A stretch of 64,000 nt of DNA, taken from NCBI GenBank assembly GCA_964386715.1, contig CAYLTD010000017.1, positions 18,344 to 82,343 on the forward strand, given 5' to 3'. The translations under genes were made by a program, and so were the position numbers. The DNA is from an uncultured Bifidobacterium sp. (lineage in GTDB: Bacteria; Acidobacteriota; Vicinamibacteria; Vicinamibacterales; CAVVIG01). Every line of letters starts with the position of its first letter. Position 1 is the first letter of the stretch. Shown one piece after another: positions 11,276-19,503 of this stretch. Under the pieces are notes generated by a model. It was not told the DNA's origin. It did no database searches and was given only the letters and a program-made list of their open reading frames with translations.

Positions 11276-12478
11276 CTACTTGGCGTGCGCGAGTTCGTAC
11301 GCGATGGCCTGATCGAAGAACTGTGGCGCCCAGGCGCCGTCGATCTTGATGCCGTTCAGGAAGAAGGTCGGGGTCTGGTTCACCTTCAGCTGCTGCCCCA
11401 TCGCGATGTCGCCCTTCACCAGCGCGAGCGTCGCCTCGTAGCGCGCGTCGAAGTCGGTCACCTGTCCGATCTCGCGTGCGGCCTTGCGGACGTTTTCCGG
11501 GGTCATCTCCTGCTGGTGCGAGTACAGCCACTCTTCCAGCTGCTCGCCGCGTCCCTTTGCGGCGGCGAGACGCACGGCCACCGCGGCATCACAGGCCCCC
11601 GGGTGCAGCATCGACCGAACCGCGGAGTTGCACGTCGGGTTCAGCGGAAAGTCCTTGTGCACCATCTTCACCTGGCCGGGATGCGAGGCCGCGTACTTCG
11701 CGATGATCGGCTTGTACGCCTGGTAGGCCTGACCGCAGGCGGGGCACTGGTAGTCGGCGAACTTGACGATGAGCACCTTCGCGCCCTCGTTGGGCACCAT
11801 GAGCGGAACGCGCGGCGCGCCCGACAGGAACCGCTCCAGTTCGGACCGCTGATCCTGCGTCGTGGCAGGGGTGGCACCCGCCGCCGCTTCAACGGCGGTG
11901 ACGGGCGCGGCCTCACGCGGGAAGACGGCCAGCGTGGTCGCCGCCCCGCCGGCCCAGAGCACAGCGAGGACGAGGGCCACGGGCGTGGTGACGAGCAGCT
12001 TCAGATCGTGGGCAACGCGGCGCGGCAAGGACAGCATGGGCATGGAAGTGGCCGCACCAGACACGAGGAACACCCCGATCACGGCGGCATACGTGATGAG
12101 GCACAGGATGCAGACCAGCTTGAGGATCACGAACGAGGCGTACCCGAGGTACAGGATCACCGCCAGCGCGAGCGTGGACGCGGCAAACAGGTAGCCCGCC
12201 ACGCTCTCGCGGACGCCGGGGCGGGCGGTCATCCCGGCCACCGACAGCAGCGCCGCAAACCCGAACCAGATGGCGCCGAAGATCGAGACCGACACACCCC
12301 CGAATGTGCCGAAGCGGCTGGCGTAGACCTGGGTGCAGCTGATCGTCGCGCCGACGTCGCAGAAGCTCGTGTACGTCGGGTCGGCGAACATGCGGTAGTG
12401 GACGTAGGCGGCCGTGGATGCAGCACCGAGTCCAACAAGCGCGAAGACCAGGGCAAGGCGCGCGGAGGTAGTGCTCAT
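11276..12478 (-). CDS. VKOR-family membrane oxidoreductase fused to a DsbA-like thioredoxin domain
   Basis: 400 aa. The N-terminal 5-TM region carries a loop Cys pair (FCDVGATISC) and an intramembrane CILC. The C-terminal domain has the DYQCPACGQ (CPAC) thioredoxin-fold active site. Confidence 0.85.
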   Translation of the reverse strand: MSTTSARLALVFALVGLGAASTAAYVHYRMFADPTYTSFCDVGATISCTQVYASRFGTFGGVSVSIFGAIWFGFAALLSVAGMTARPGVRESVAGYLFAASTLALAVILYLGYASFVILKLVCILCLITYAAVIGVFLVSGAATSMPMLSLPRRVAHDLKLLVTTPVALVLAVLWAGGAATTLAVFPREAAPVTAVEAAAGATPATTQDQRSELERFLSGAPRVPLMVPNEGAKVLIVKFADYQCPACGQAYQAYKPIIAKYAASHPGQVKMVHKDFPLNPTCNSAVRSMLHPGACDAAVAVRLAAAKGRGEQLEEWLYSHQQEMTPENVRKAAREIGQVTDFDARYEATLALVKGDIAMGQQLKVNQTPTFFLNGIKIDGAWAPQFFDQAIAYELAHAK

Positions 12479-12487
12479 AGGGTGACG

Positions 12488-12516
12488 ACTATATGCTAGC
12501 CCCGACCCCGGTACAA
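12488..12516 (-). promoter_or_regulatory. candidate sigma70-type promoter for the VKOR-DsbA gene (short or absent leader)
   Basis: The minus strand reads TTGTAC-N17-TATAGT, with the -10 element only 9 nt upstream of the ATG at 12478. Confidence 0.4.
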
Positions 12517-12521
12517 CGCGA

Positions 12522-12550
12522 ACGGGATGCCGCCCCGTGCGGCATCCCGT
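12522..12550 (-). terminator. strong hairpin terminator downstream of the second pilin gene
   Basis: Perfect 11-bp stem ACGGGATGCCG / CGGCATCCCGT with a 7-nt loop, 19 nt after the pilin stop. It is followed by TTCGCGTTGT, a weak T tract. Confidence 0.6.
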
Positions 12551-12568
12551 CCGACCGAGCGGTCAGGC

Positions 12569-13102
12569 TTACTGGAGGACCGACGCGCCGGCCATGCCGG
12601 CCACCATCGTCGCGCCCGTGTTGTCGAAGTAGATCGTGCCGCGCGTATCCGTGCCGAAGGAGCGCTGGCCGGTCGAGCCCACCGTCACCGGGTGTGCTTC
12701 CGCGAAGTAGGCCGAGACCGCGTCAGCCGCCGACCCGTTGCAGGTGTTCGCGGCCACCGTGATGACCGCCGCGCCCGTGTCGCCCGCCAGGTTCACCTGG
12801 TAGCCGCTCTTGATGACGCCGTTGGTGGCGAGGTCGGGCGAGATGAAGCCCGCGGTCGAACCGGTCGGGGGCAGCGCCAGGTCGTCGAGGGTCTGCGCAT
12901 AGCCGTTGCCGCCGCAGCTCGACGAGAAGGTCGACTCAGCGGAGTTGATCGCGCGCAGCGATCCGATCGCGGACGCTTCGTTGCCCGACATGCGGGCGCG
13001 CAACAGGCCCGGGACGGCGATCGCGGCGATGATGCCGATGATGGCGACAACGATCAGCAGCTCGATGAGAGTGAAGCCCTTGGCGTTGCGGATGTTCTTC
13101 AT
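12569..13102 (-). CDS. pilA: type IV pilin (major-pilin candidate, promoter-proximal copy)
   Basis: MKNIRNAKG|FTLIELLIVVAIIGIIAAIAVP carries the class III signal with Glu+5. It is 177 aa with two Cys. AGGAG lies upstream of the ATG, and it has its own sigma54 promoter and terminator. Confidence 0.9.
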   Translation of the reverse strand: MKNIRNAKGFTLIELLIVVAIIGIIAAIAVPGLLRARMSGNEASAIGSLRAINSAESTFSSSCGGNGYAQTLDDLALPPTGSTAGFISPDLATNGVIKSGYQVNLAGDTGAAVITVAANTCNGSAADAVSAYFAEAHPVTVGSTGQRSFGTDTRGTIYFDNTGATMVAGMAGASVLQ

Positions 13103-13168
13103 GTCCTGCTCCTGAAACTTGGTTGGTCACGTGGCTCACTACATGTGAGCGTCCGTGCCCATCCATAG

Positions 13169-13184
13169 AGCAACCGCGATGCCA
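13169..13184 (-). promoter_or_regulatory. sigma54 (-24/-12) promoter of the downstream pilin gene
   Basis: The minus strand reads TGGCATcgcggTTGCT, matching TGGCAC-N5-TTGCW at all key positions. It lies about 66 nt upstream of the ATG at 13102. Confidence 0.7.
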
Positions 13185-13277
13185 CCCTCGGCCTTACGCA
13201 TTGCGCCACGGATTTCCTTTAAATTCTACGACTTACATTGTCGTCTTTCAAACCCGACCGCTCCAGCGGCCGGAGTG

Positions 13278-13317
13278 CTGACACTTTGCGTCAACGCCGG
13301 GTGACGCGGTTTGTCAG
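13278..13317. promoter_or_regulatory. nested dyad, candidate enhancer (UAS) for a sigma54 activator
   Basis: CTGACA-cttt-GCGTCA-acgccggg-TGACGC-ggtt-TGTCAG, with perfect 6-mer arms. The 11-mer GTTTGTCAGGC recurs at 13310-13320 and 13377-13387. The dyad is about 95-200 nt upstream of the -24/-12 element, with an AT-rich tract (13205-13255) in between. Confidence 0.4.
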
Positions 13318-13447
13318 GCCCCGATCGACGCGCGTGGACGCCCGTGGCGAGGCACCCGAGCACCGGCGTGCCTGCGTTTGTCAGGCAGCGGAAAACATGG
13401 GAAAAGGCAGCCCGGAGGCGCGGTCCCGTGCGGGCGGGGCGGCCATC

Positions 13448-13475
13448 GCAGGTCGCAGGTCGCAGGGAGCAGGGA
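13448..13475. repeat. tandem heptamers GCAGGTC GCAGGTC GCAGGGA GCAGGGA
   Basis: Read directly from the sequence. They lie about 25 nt downstream of the first pilin stop in minus-strand sense. Confidence 0.8.
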
Positions 13476-13498
13476 GAGACTTCGAGCCGTGCGCCACG

Positions 13499-14056
13499 CT
13501 ACTGCAGCACGGTCGCGCCGGCCATGCCTGGGGCGATCGCCGCCCCGGAGCGGCGCTCGTAGATGGATCCGCGCGTGTCGGTCGCGAACGAGCGCTCCCC
13601 CGTCAGCGGGCTCGCCACCGGGTGCGCTTCCGCGAAATAGCTGCTCACCGCATCGAACCCTGACGCGTTGCACGTGTTCGCGGCAGCGGTGATCACCGTG
13701 GCCCCGCTGTCCGGCGCCAGGTCGACGACATAGCCGCTCTTCACGACGCCGTCGTTCGACAGGTCGGGCGAGACGAAGCCGTTCACCGTCCCGGGCGGCG
13801 GCGCCGCCAGGTCGGCCAGTGTCTGCGCGTACCCGCCCCCGCCGCAGCCGGCCGAATACGCGGACTGTGCGGCGTGTATCGCACGAAGCGAGCCGAGCGC
13901 CGACGCTTCATTCCCCGACGTCCGTGCGCGCACGAGGGCCGGAATCGCCACGGCCGCGATGATCCCGAGGATCGACACGACGATGACGAGCTCGATGAGC
14001 GTGAAGCCGCGGGCAGTGTGCGCAGGTCTGGTGTCCGGCACCGGCTCGATCCTCAC
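13499..14056 (-). CDS. pilA: type IV pilin paralog, translationally coupled to pilR
   Basis: ...HTARG|FTLIELVIVVSILGIIAAVAIP. About two thirds of residues look identical to the 12569..13102 pilin by eye along the full length, including the shared C-terminus GMAGA(S/T)VLQ. The GTG start overlaps the pilR TGA (GTGA). An alternative GTG lies 5 codons downstream. Confidence 0.85.
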   Translation of the reverse strand: MRIEPVPDTRPAHTARGFTLIELVIVVSILGIIAAVAIPALVRARTSGNEASALGSLRAIHAAQSAYSAGCGGGGYAQTLADLAAPPPGTVNGFVSPDLSNDGVVKSGYVVDLAPDSGATVITAAANTCNASGFDAVSSYFAEAHPVASPLTGERSFATDTRGSIYERRSGAAIAPGMAGATVLQ

Positions 14057-15477
14057 CGCAGGTTGTACTTCTTCACGTAGTAGCGGAACGAGCGGAAGCT
14101 CATGCCGAGCAGCTCCGCGGCCTTCACCTGCACGCCATCGGCCCGCTCCAGCGCCTGCGCGATGTAGCCGCGCTCGATCTCCTTCACGCGCGCCTCCAGA
14201 TCGAGGCCCCCCTCGGGCAGGAACTCCGGCGCGGCCTGCGACGCCCCGTACCTGGGCACGGTGCCGCGCACCGCGGCCGGCAGGCTCTCGGGCTGCACCG
14301 AGGGCGTCCCCTCGAGCGCGACCGCCCGCTCGACGACGTTCTCCAGCTCACGGATGTTGCCTGGCCAGTCGTACCGCACGAGCAGTTCCATCGCCGGTTT
14401 CGAGATGGCCGCAATCGACTTCTCCATCTGGTCGGCGTACTTCGCCAGGAAGTGCTCCGCGAGCAGGGGGATGTCCTCGCGCCGTTCACGGAGCGGCGGC
14501 AGGACGATGGGGATGACGTTGATCCGGTAGAAGAGGTCCTCGCGGAATCGTCCTTCCGCCACCGCCTTCGTGAGGTCCTGGTTGGTGGCCGCGATGACCC
14601 TGATGTCGGCCTGCAGTTCCTCGAGTCCGCCCACCCGGCGGAAGCGCCGCTCCTGCAGCACGCGCAGCAGCTTCACCTGCATGACGGGGCTCATCTCGCC
14701 GATCTCGTCGAGGAACACTGTGCCCTTCTCGGCCGCCTCGAGCAGCCCCTTCTTGTTGGCGTCGGCTCCAGTGAAGGCCCCGCGCATGTGGCCGAACAGT
14801 TCCGATTCGAGCAGGGTCTCCGGCATGGCGCCACAGTTGAGCGACACCATCGGCTTGTCGCGGCGGAGCGAGTGGTGGTGCACGGCCTGCGCGACCAGGC
14901 CCTTGCCGGTGCCCGACTCGCCGGTGACCAGAATCGTGCTGTTGGTGCGCGCGACCGTCTCGATCATCTTGAAGACGTCGAGCATCGACCCGCTCCGCCC
15001 GATGATGCTGGCGAACTGGTGCGAAAGTCCGAGCGTGCGCTTCAGCAGCACGTTCTCCTGCCGGAGGTGGCGGTTCTCGACCTTCTCACGGACCTTCATC
15101 TTCAGCAGGTCGATGTCGAACGGCTTGCTGAGATAGTCGCAGGCCCCGAGCCGCATCGCCTCGACGGCGGTCTCGGTCGAAGCGAAGGCCGTGATCATGA
15201 TCCCGAGAATGTCGGGATCGATCCGCTTGGCGGTCCGCAGCACGTCCACGCCGCTCATGTCCGGCATCTGGATGTCGGAGATGAGCAGGTCGAAGGGTCC
15301 GGTCTGCAGCGCGGCCACCGCCACCCCGCCGTTCTCGGCGAGCGTGACGTCGTAGCCCTCGCGCTTCAGCACGATGGCCAGCAGTTCCCGCATCGACCGC
15401 TCATCGTCCACGACGAGGATGCGGGGGGCGCGGCGCTCCGCCGGTGCGGCAATGGGTGTCGTCTCGGTGGCGTTCAT
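14053..15477 (-). CDS. pilR: sigma54-dependent response regulator PilR
   Basis: Track ORF 14053..16950 trimmed to MNATETTP, which gives an ATGA overlap with pilS. It has a REC domain, GESGTGKG, the GAFTGA loop and a C-terminal Fis-type HTH. Confidence 0.9.
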   Translation of the reverse strand: MNATETTPIAAPAERRAPRILVVDDERSMRELLAIVLKREGYDVTLAENGGVAVAALQTGPFDLLISDIQMPDMSGVDVLRTAKRIDPDILGIMITAFASTETAVEAMRLGACDYLSKPFDIDLLKMKVREKVENRHLRQENVLLKRTLGLSHQFASIIGRSGSMLDVFKMIETVARTNSTILVTGESGTGKGLVAQAVHHHSLRRDKPMVSLNCGAMPETLLESELFGHMRGAFTGADANKKGLLEAAEKGTVFLDEIGEMSPVMQVKLLRVLQERRFRRVGGLEELQADIRVIAATNQDLTKAVAEGRFREDLFYRINVIPIVLPPLRERREDIPLLAEHFLAKYADQMEKSIAAISKPAMELLVRYDWPGNIRELENVVERAVALEGTPSVQPESLPAAVRGTVPRYGASQAAPEFLPEGGLDLEARVKEIERGYIAQALERADGVQVKAAELLGMSFRSFRYYVKKYNLR

Positions 15478-17117
15478 ATCGTCACTTCCGATCTGGCCGG
15501 CAGCCGGACCGACACGCGGGTGCCCGCACCAGGCGCCGAGTCGATGCCGATCTCGCCCTGATAGTCGGTCACGATCCGGTGCACGACCGCGAGCCCGAGG
15601 CCGCTGCCCTTGGAAAACGTGCCGTTGAACGGCTGGAAGAGCCCGTCGCGGGCCTCCGCCGGGATGCCGACGCCCTCGTCCGCCACGCTGAGGACGACGT
15701 CGCCGTCGCGACCGATGCGCGCCGACAGCAGCAGCCGCCCCCCATCGGGCATCGCCCTCAGCCCGTTGGTGGCGAGGTTCCACAGGATCTGCTTGATCTG
15801 CCCTTCGTCGGCTTCGAACCAGATGGGTGTGTCCGGCACGTCCGCGTCGATCCGGTGATCGACGCGCACCTCCGCGCTGTTGCGGAGCAGCAGCACGGTG
15901 TCCGTCACCGCGCGCCGAAGGTCGAACCGCGCGATCTCGAACCGGTGGGGCCGCGCGTACTGCAGGAAGGACCGGATGGTGGTGTTCAGGCGGTCCGACT
16001 CGCGCAGCACGATGTCCATCAGCTGCTCCTGCTCCTCGGTGAGGGGCAGTTCGTTGCGCAGGATCTGGATGGAGCCGGACATCGAGGCCAGCGGGTTGCG
16101 AATCTCGTGCGCGATGCCTGCCGCCATCTCCCCGACCGCGGCGAGCCGCTGCTGCATGCGCGCGTCGCGTTCGAGCTTCTTGACGTCCGTGAGGTCCTGG
16201 AAGGTGACGAGGAACCCGGCGCGGCCGCCCGGTGTCTCGACGTGAGTGGCGCTGAGGCCGAGGTCGATCTCGCGGCCGTCGGGCCGGCGGTAGCGCGATT
16301 CGACCCGGCGCGCACCGGCGCCGGCGAGCCCGGCAGCAAAGGTCTGGACCAGGGCGCCGGAGAACTGCAGCACGTCGGCGAGCTGCCGCCCCGCGACCTC
16401 CGGGTAGGACGTCCCGCAAATCTGCTCGGCCGCCCGGTTGAAGGTCAGCACGCGCTGCTCGGGATCGGTGGTCACGAGACCGCTCGGCATGCTGTCGATC
16501 ACGTTCTGGTTCAGCGCCTGCAGATCGGCGATTTCGGTGGACGCCCGTTCGAGCCGGACACCGGCGGAGCGGATGCTCTCGGCCATCGACCCACTGAGGA
16601 GGGCGACCGCGAAGAACCCGAATACGTTGAGGCCCGCCGCGTACAGCGCCACGCCGCGCGCCGGCAGGGTGGACGGATCGCCCGCGAACCACGGTCCGCC
16701 GACGTCCGGCAGATACTGCAGCAGGACCAGCCACACGTAGAGCACCGCGCTCAGCGTGGCCACCATGAGGCCGCCCCGCCTGAACTGCACCACGCTGGCT
16801 GCGATGATCGGCAGGGCGTACATGAGCGAGAAGTAGCTCGTGATGCCGCCGGTCACCGAGATGAACGCCGAGACCACCACCGCGTCGCACGCCAGCTGCA
16901 GATCGAGCAGCCAGCGGTGCCGGTCGACCGCGCGAAGCAGCAGTGCCCACGTGATCGTCAGGCCGAAGGTGACGGCCACCAGGAAGAAGAACGGGCCGGC
17001 AACGACCGACCCGGGCTTGGTGAGCTGCGCCACCGTGGCGCCGCCGAGCAGAAGGGTACTGACCATCGCGCGTACCGCGATGAGCCAGCCCACCTTCGCC
17101 CGGAGTTCGGTGCCCAT
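15474..17117 (-). CDS. pilS: sensor histidine kinase PilS (polytopic N-terminus, PAS, HisKA, HATPase)
   Basis: 547 aa with about 6 N-terminal TM helices. H box HEIRNPLASMSGSIQIL, N box NLATNGLRAM and G2 GSGLGLAVV. It lies directly upstream of pilR. Confidence 0.85.
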   Translation of the reverse strand: MGTELRAKVGWLIAVRAMVSTLLLGGATVAQLTKPGSVVAGPFFFLVAVTFGLTITWALLLRAVDRHRWLLDLQLACDAVVVSAFISVTGGITSYFSLMYALPIIAASVVQFRRGGLMVATLSAVLYVWLVLLQYLPDVGGPWFAGDPSTLPARGVALYAAGLNVFGFFAVALLSGSMAESIRSAGVRLERASTEIADLQALNQNVIDSMPSGLVTTDPEQRVLTFNRAAEQICGTSYPEVAGRQLADVLQFSGALVQTFAAGLAGAGARRVESRYRRPDGREIDLGLSATHVETPGGRAGFLVTFQDLTDVKKLERDARMQQRLAAVGEMAAGIAHEIRNPLASMSGSIQILRNELPLTEEQEQLMDIVLRESDRLNTTIRSFLQYARPHRFEIARFDLRRAVTDTVLLLRNSAEVRVDHRIDADVPDTPIWFEADEGQIKQILWNLATNGLRAMPDGGRLLLSARIGRDGDVVLSVADEGVGIPAEARDGLFQPFNGTFSKGSGLGLAVVHRIVTDYQGEIGIDSAPGAGTRVSVRLPARSEVTI

Positions 17118-17123
17118 GTGCTT

Positions 17124-18341
17124 CTAGGTCAGCTTGCTGATCAGGTCGAAGATCGGCAGGTACATCGCGATGACGATGCCGCCGACGACCACTCCGAGGA
17201 ACGCGATCATCACGGGCTCGAGCAGCGTCAGCAGGCCGGCGACCGCCGCGTCCACCTCCTCCTCGTAGAAGTCGGCGATCTTGGCCAGCATGGTGTCGAG
17301 TGCGCCGGTCGTCTCGCCGACGCCGATCATCTGCACGACCATCGGTGGGAACACGGCCGTCTCCCGGAGCGGCTGCGCGATCGTCTCACCGCGTTCGATG
17401 CTCTTGCGGGTGACCAGCACGGCATCCTCGATGATGGCGTTGCCGGAGGTGCGGGCGGTGATGTCGAGGCCATCGAGGATGGGCACGCCGGAGCTGATGA
17501 GGGTTGCCAGGGTGCGGCAGAAGCGCGCGACCGCGATCTTCCGAAGGATGTCCCCGAGGATGGGCATCTTCAGGAGCCCGCCGTCGATCACGCGCCGTCC
17601 ACCCTCGGTTCCGTAGTAGGTGCGCACCGCCCAGGCCAGGGCGACGATCACCGCCGCCATGAACGGGAAGTACGACACGAGCGATTCGCTCAGCCAGATG
17701 ACGACGCGGGTGGGCAGCGGGAGCTCCGCACCGAGGCCGGCGAAGAGCTGCGCGAACGTGGGAATGACCTTCCAGAGGATGACGCCCACCACGAGCGCGG
17801 CGATCACGATGACCGCCACCGGGTAGATCATCGCGGACTTGACCTGCCCCTTCAGCTTGACGTTCTTCTCGATGTAGGTCGCGAGCCGCTTCAGGATGGT
17901 GTCGAGGATGCCGCCGGCCTCGCCGGCTGCCACCATGTTGGTGAAGAGCGGGTCGAAGGTCTTGGGGTGCTTCCGCATCGAGTCCGCGAGGGACGCGCCA
18001 CCTTCGACGTCACTGCGGGTCTGCAGGATCACGGCCGCGAAGTTCCTGTCCTCCTCCTGCGTCCCGAGGATGTCGAGGCACTGGACCAGCGGCAGCCCGG
18101 CGTCGATCATCACGGAGAACTGGCGCGTGAAGACGGCCAGGCTCTTGGCCGACGCCTTCTTGCCGGTCTTGCCGGCCGACCGGGACGCCGCCTCGGCCTT
18201 CGCCTTGGCGGGCGTGATTTTGGTGACCATCACCTGCTCGCGCCGGAGTGCTGCCACCGCGGCGTCCATCGAGTCGGCCACGCGCTCGCCGCTGACCAGC
18301 TGGCCGGCCCGTGTCTTTCCGGAATACGCAAAAGTCGCCAT
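17124..18341 (-). CDS. pilC: type IV pilus platform protein (GspF family)
   Basis: 405 aa with duplicated GspF domains (e.g. FTRQFSVMIDAGLPLVQCL and FCRTLATLISSGVPILDGL). Confidence 0.95.
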   Translation of the reverse strand: MATFAYSGKTRAGQLVSGERVADSMDAAVAALRREQVMVTKITPAKAKAEAASRSAGKTGKKASAKSLAVFTRQFSVMIDAGLPLVQCLDILGTQEEDRNFAAVILQTRSDVEGGASLADSMRKHPKTFDPLFTNMVAAGEAGGILDTILKRLATYIEKNVKLKGQVKSAMIYPVAVIVIAALVVGVILWKVIPTFAQLFAGLGAELPLPTRVVIWLSESLVSYFPFMAAVIVALAWAVRTYYGTEGGRRVIDGGLLKMPILGDILRKIAVARFCRTLATLISSGVPILDGLDITARTSGNAIIEDAVLVTRKSIERGETIAQPLRETAVFPPMVVQMIGVGETTGALDTMLAKIADFYEEEVDAAVAGLLTLLEPVMIAFLGVVVGGIVIAMYLPIFDLISKLT

Positions 18342-18376
18342 GGTTGGATGTCCTTCCTATCGTCCTGTCCCGGCCG

Positions 18377-19501
18377 TCAGCGCCCCGCCGGACGCGGCAT
18401 CGCCATCCGCTGCATGCCGGCGCCGGCCACGACACCAACGCCGCGGTTGATCATTTCCTGCAGCTCGTCCCGGTTCGACGAGTTGCCGAGCGCGGTCTCC
18501 AGCGTGATCCGCCGCTGCAGGTACAGGCTGGCCAGCGACTGGTTGGCCGTCTGCATGCCGAGCTTCTCCTGGCCCGCCTGCATCGCGCCGTAGATCTGGT
18601 GCACCTTGTCATCGCGAATGAGGTTGCGGATGGCCGGAGTCGGCACCAGGATCTCGAGCGACGCCACGCGACCCTTTCCGTCGGCCCGCGGCAGCAGCGC
18701 CTGACAGACGATGCCTTCCAGCACGAGGGACAGCTGGGTGCGGATCTGCGACTGCTGGCCGGCGGGGAAGATGTCGATGATGCGGTTGATGGTCTGCGCC
18801 GCCGAGTTGGTGTGCAGGGTGCCGAAGGTCAGGTGCCCGGTCTCCGCGATCTTCAGCGCGGCCTCGACCGTCTCGAGGTCGCGCATCTCGCCGATGAGCA
18901 CGATGTCGGGATCCTCGCGCAGGGCGGCGCGCAGCGCGTTCGAGAAGCTTGCGGTATCGCTGTGCACCTCGCGCTGGTTCACCAGACAGTTCTTGTGCTG
19001 GTGGATGTACTCGATCGGATCCTCGATGGTGAGGATGTGGTCGTGGCGCTCGACGTTGATCTTGTCGATCATCGCCGCCAGCGTCGTCGACTTGCCGCTG
19101 CCGGTCGGGCCGGTCACCAGCACGAGGCCGCGCGGCCGCTCGGCCAGGCTCGCAATGACGGGCGGCAGCCCGAGATCCTGGAAGCTCCGGATCTTCTCCG
19201 GGATCAGCCGGTAGACGGCGCCCACCGCGCCGCGCTGGCTGAACACGTTGCAGCGGAACCGCGCCAGCCCCTTGATGCCGAACGAGAAGTCCAGCTCCTG
19301 GGTCTCCTCGTAGCGCTTCTTCTGGCTGTCGGTCAGGACGCTGTAGACGAGCTGCTTGGTTTCCGCCGGGCCGAGTTCGGGCAGCGGCAGCCGCTGCAGG
19401 TGACCGTGCACGCGGATCTGGGGCGGGGTGTTGGTGGTGATGTGCAGGTCGGAACCTTCCATCTCCACCAGGCTCTTGAGCAGTTCTGGGAGCGTGGCCA
19501 T
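18377..19501 (-). CDS. pilT: twitching-motility retraction ATPase
   Basis: Track ORF 18377..19720 trimmed to MATLPELLKSLVEMEGSDLHI. It has Walker A GPTGSGKSTT and GHLTFGTLHTNSAAQTINRIID, and is 374 aa. Confidence 0.95.
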   Translation of the reverse strand: MATLPELLKSLVEMEGSDLHITTNTPPQIRVHGHLQRLPLPELGPAETKQLVYSVLTDSQKKRYEETQELDFSFGIKGLARFRCNVFSQRGAVGAVYRLIPEKIRSFQDLGLPPVIASLAERPRGLVLVTGPTGSGKSTTLAAMIDKINVERHDHILTIEDPIEYIHQHKNCLVNQREVHSDTASFSNALRAALREDPDIVLIGEMRDLETVEAALKIAETGHLTFGTLHTNSAAQTINRIIDIFPAGQQSQIRTQLSLVLEGIVCQALLPRADGKGRVASLEILVPTPAIRNLIRDDKVHQIYGAMQAGQEKLGMQTANQSLASLYLQRRITLETALGNSSNRDELQEMINRGVGVVAGAGMQRMAMPRPAGR

Positions 19502-19503
19502 GT

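Noticed and set aside
13448-13475. Short tandem repeats here, and at 31241-31265 and 56365-56425, considered as possible CRISPR arrays.
   Set aside because: The periods are 7-14 nt with no unique spacers, only 2-4 copies and no cas genes. They are simple tandem oligo-repeats, not CRISPR.
13238-13692. Several 80-140-aa ORFs on both strands in the 396-nt spacer between the two pilin genes.
   Set aside because: They overlap each other, are Arg/Ala/Pro-rich, and cover what reads as enhancer, AT-tract and promoter sequence. I saw no RBS or homology signal.
14053-16950. 965-aa track ORF that looks like a PilS-PilR fusion.
   Set aside because: Only the C-terminal 474 aa (from MNATETTP at 15477) are PilR. 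The upstream 490 aa are an out-of-frame read through pilS, whose own frame (15474..17117) carries the kinase motifs.
15444-18593. 1049-aa plus-strand ORF spanning pilS, pilC and pilT.
   Set aside because: It is antisense to three well-conserved genes. Its composition is dominated by R/A/G/D/H/E/P runs with no recognisable motifs, which is typical of a stop-poor antisense frame in GC-rich DNA.
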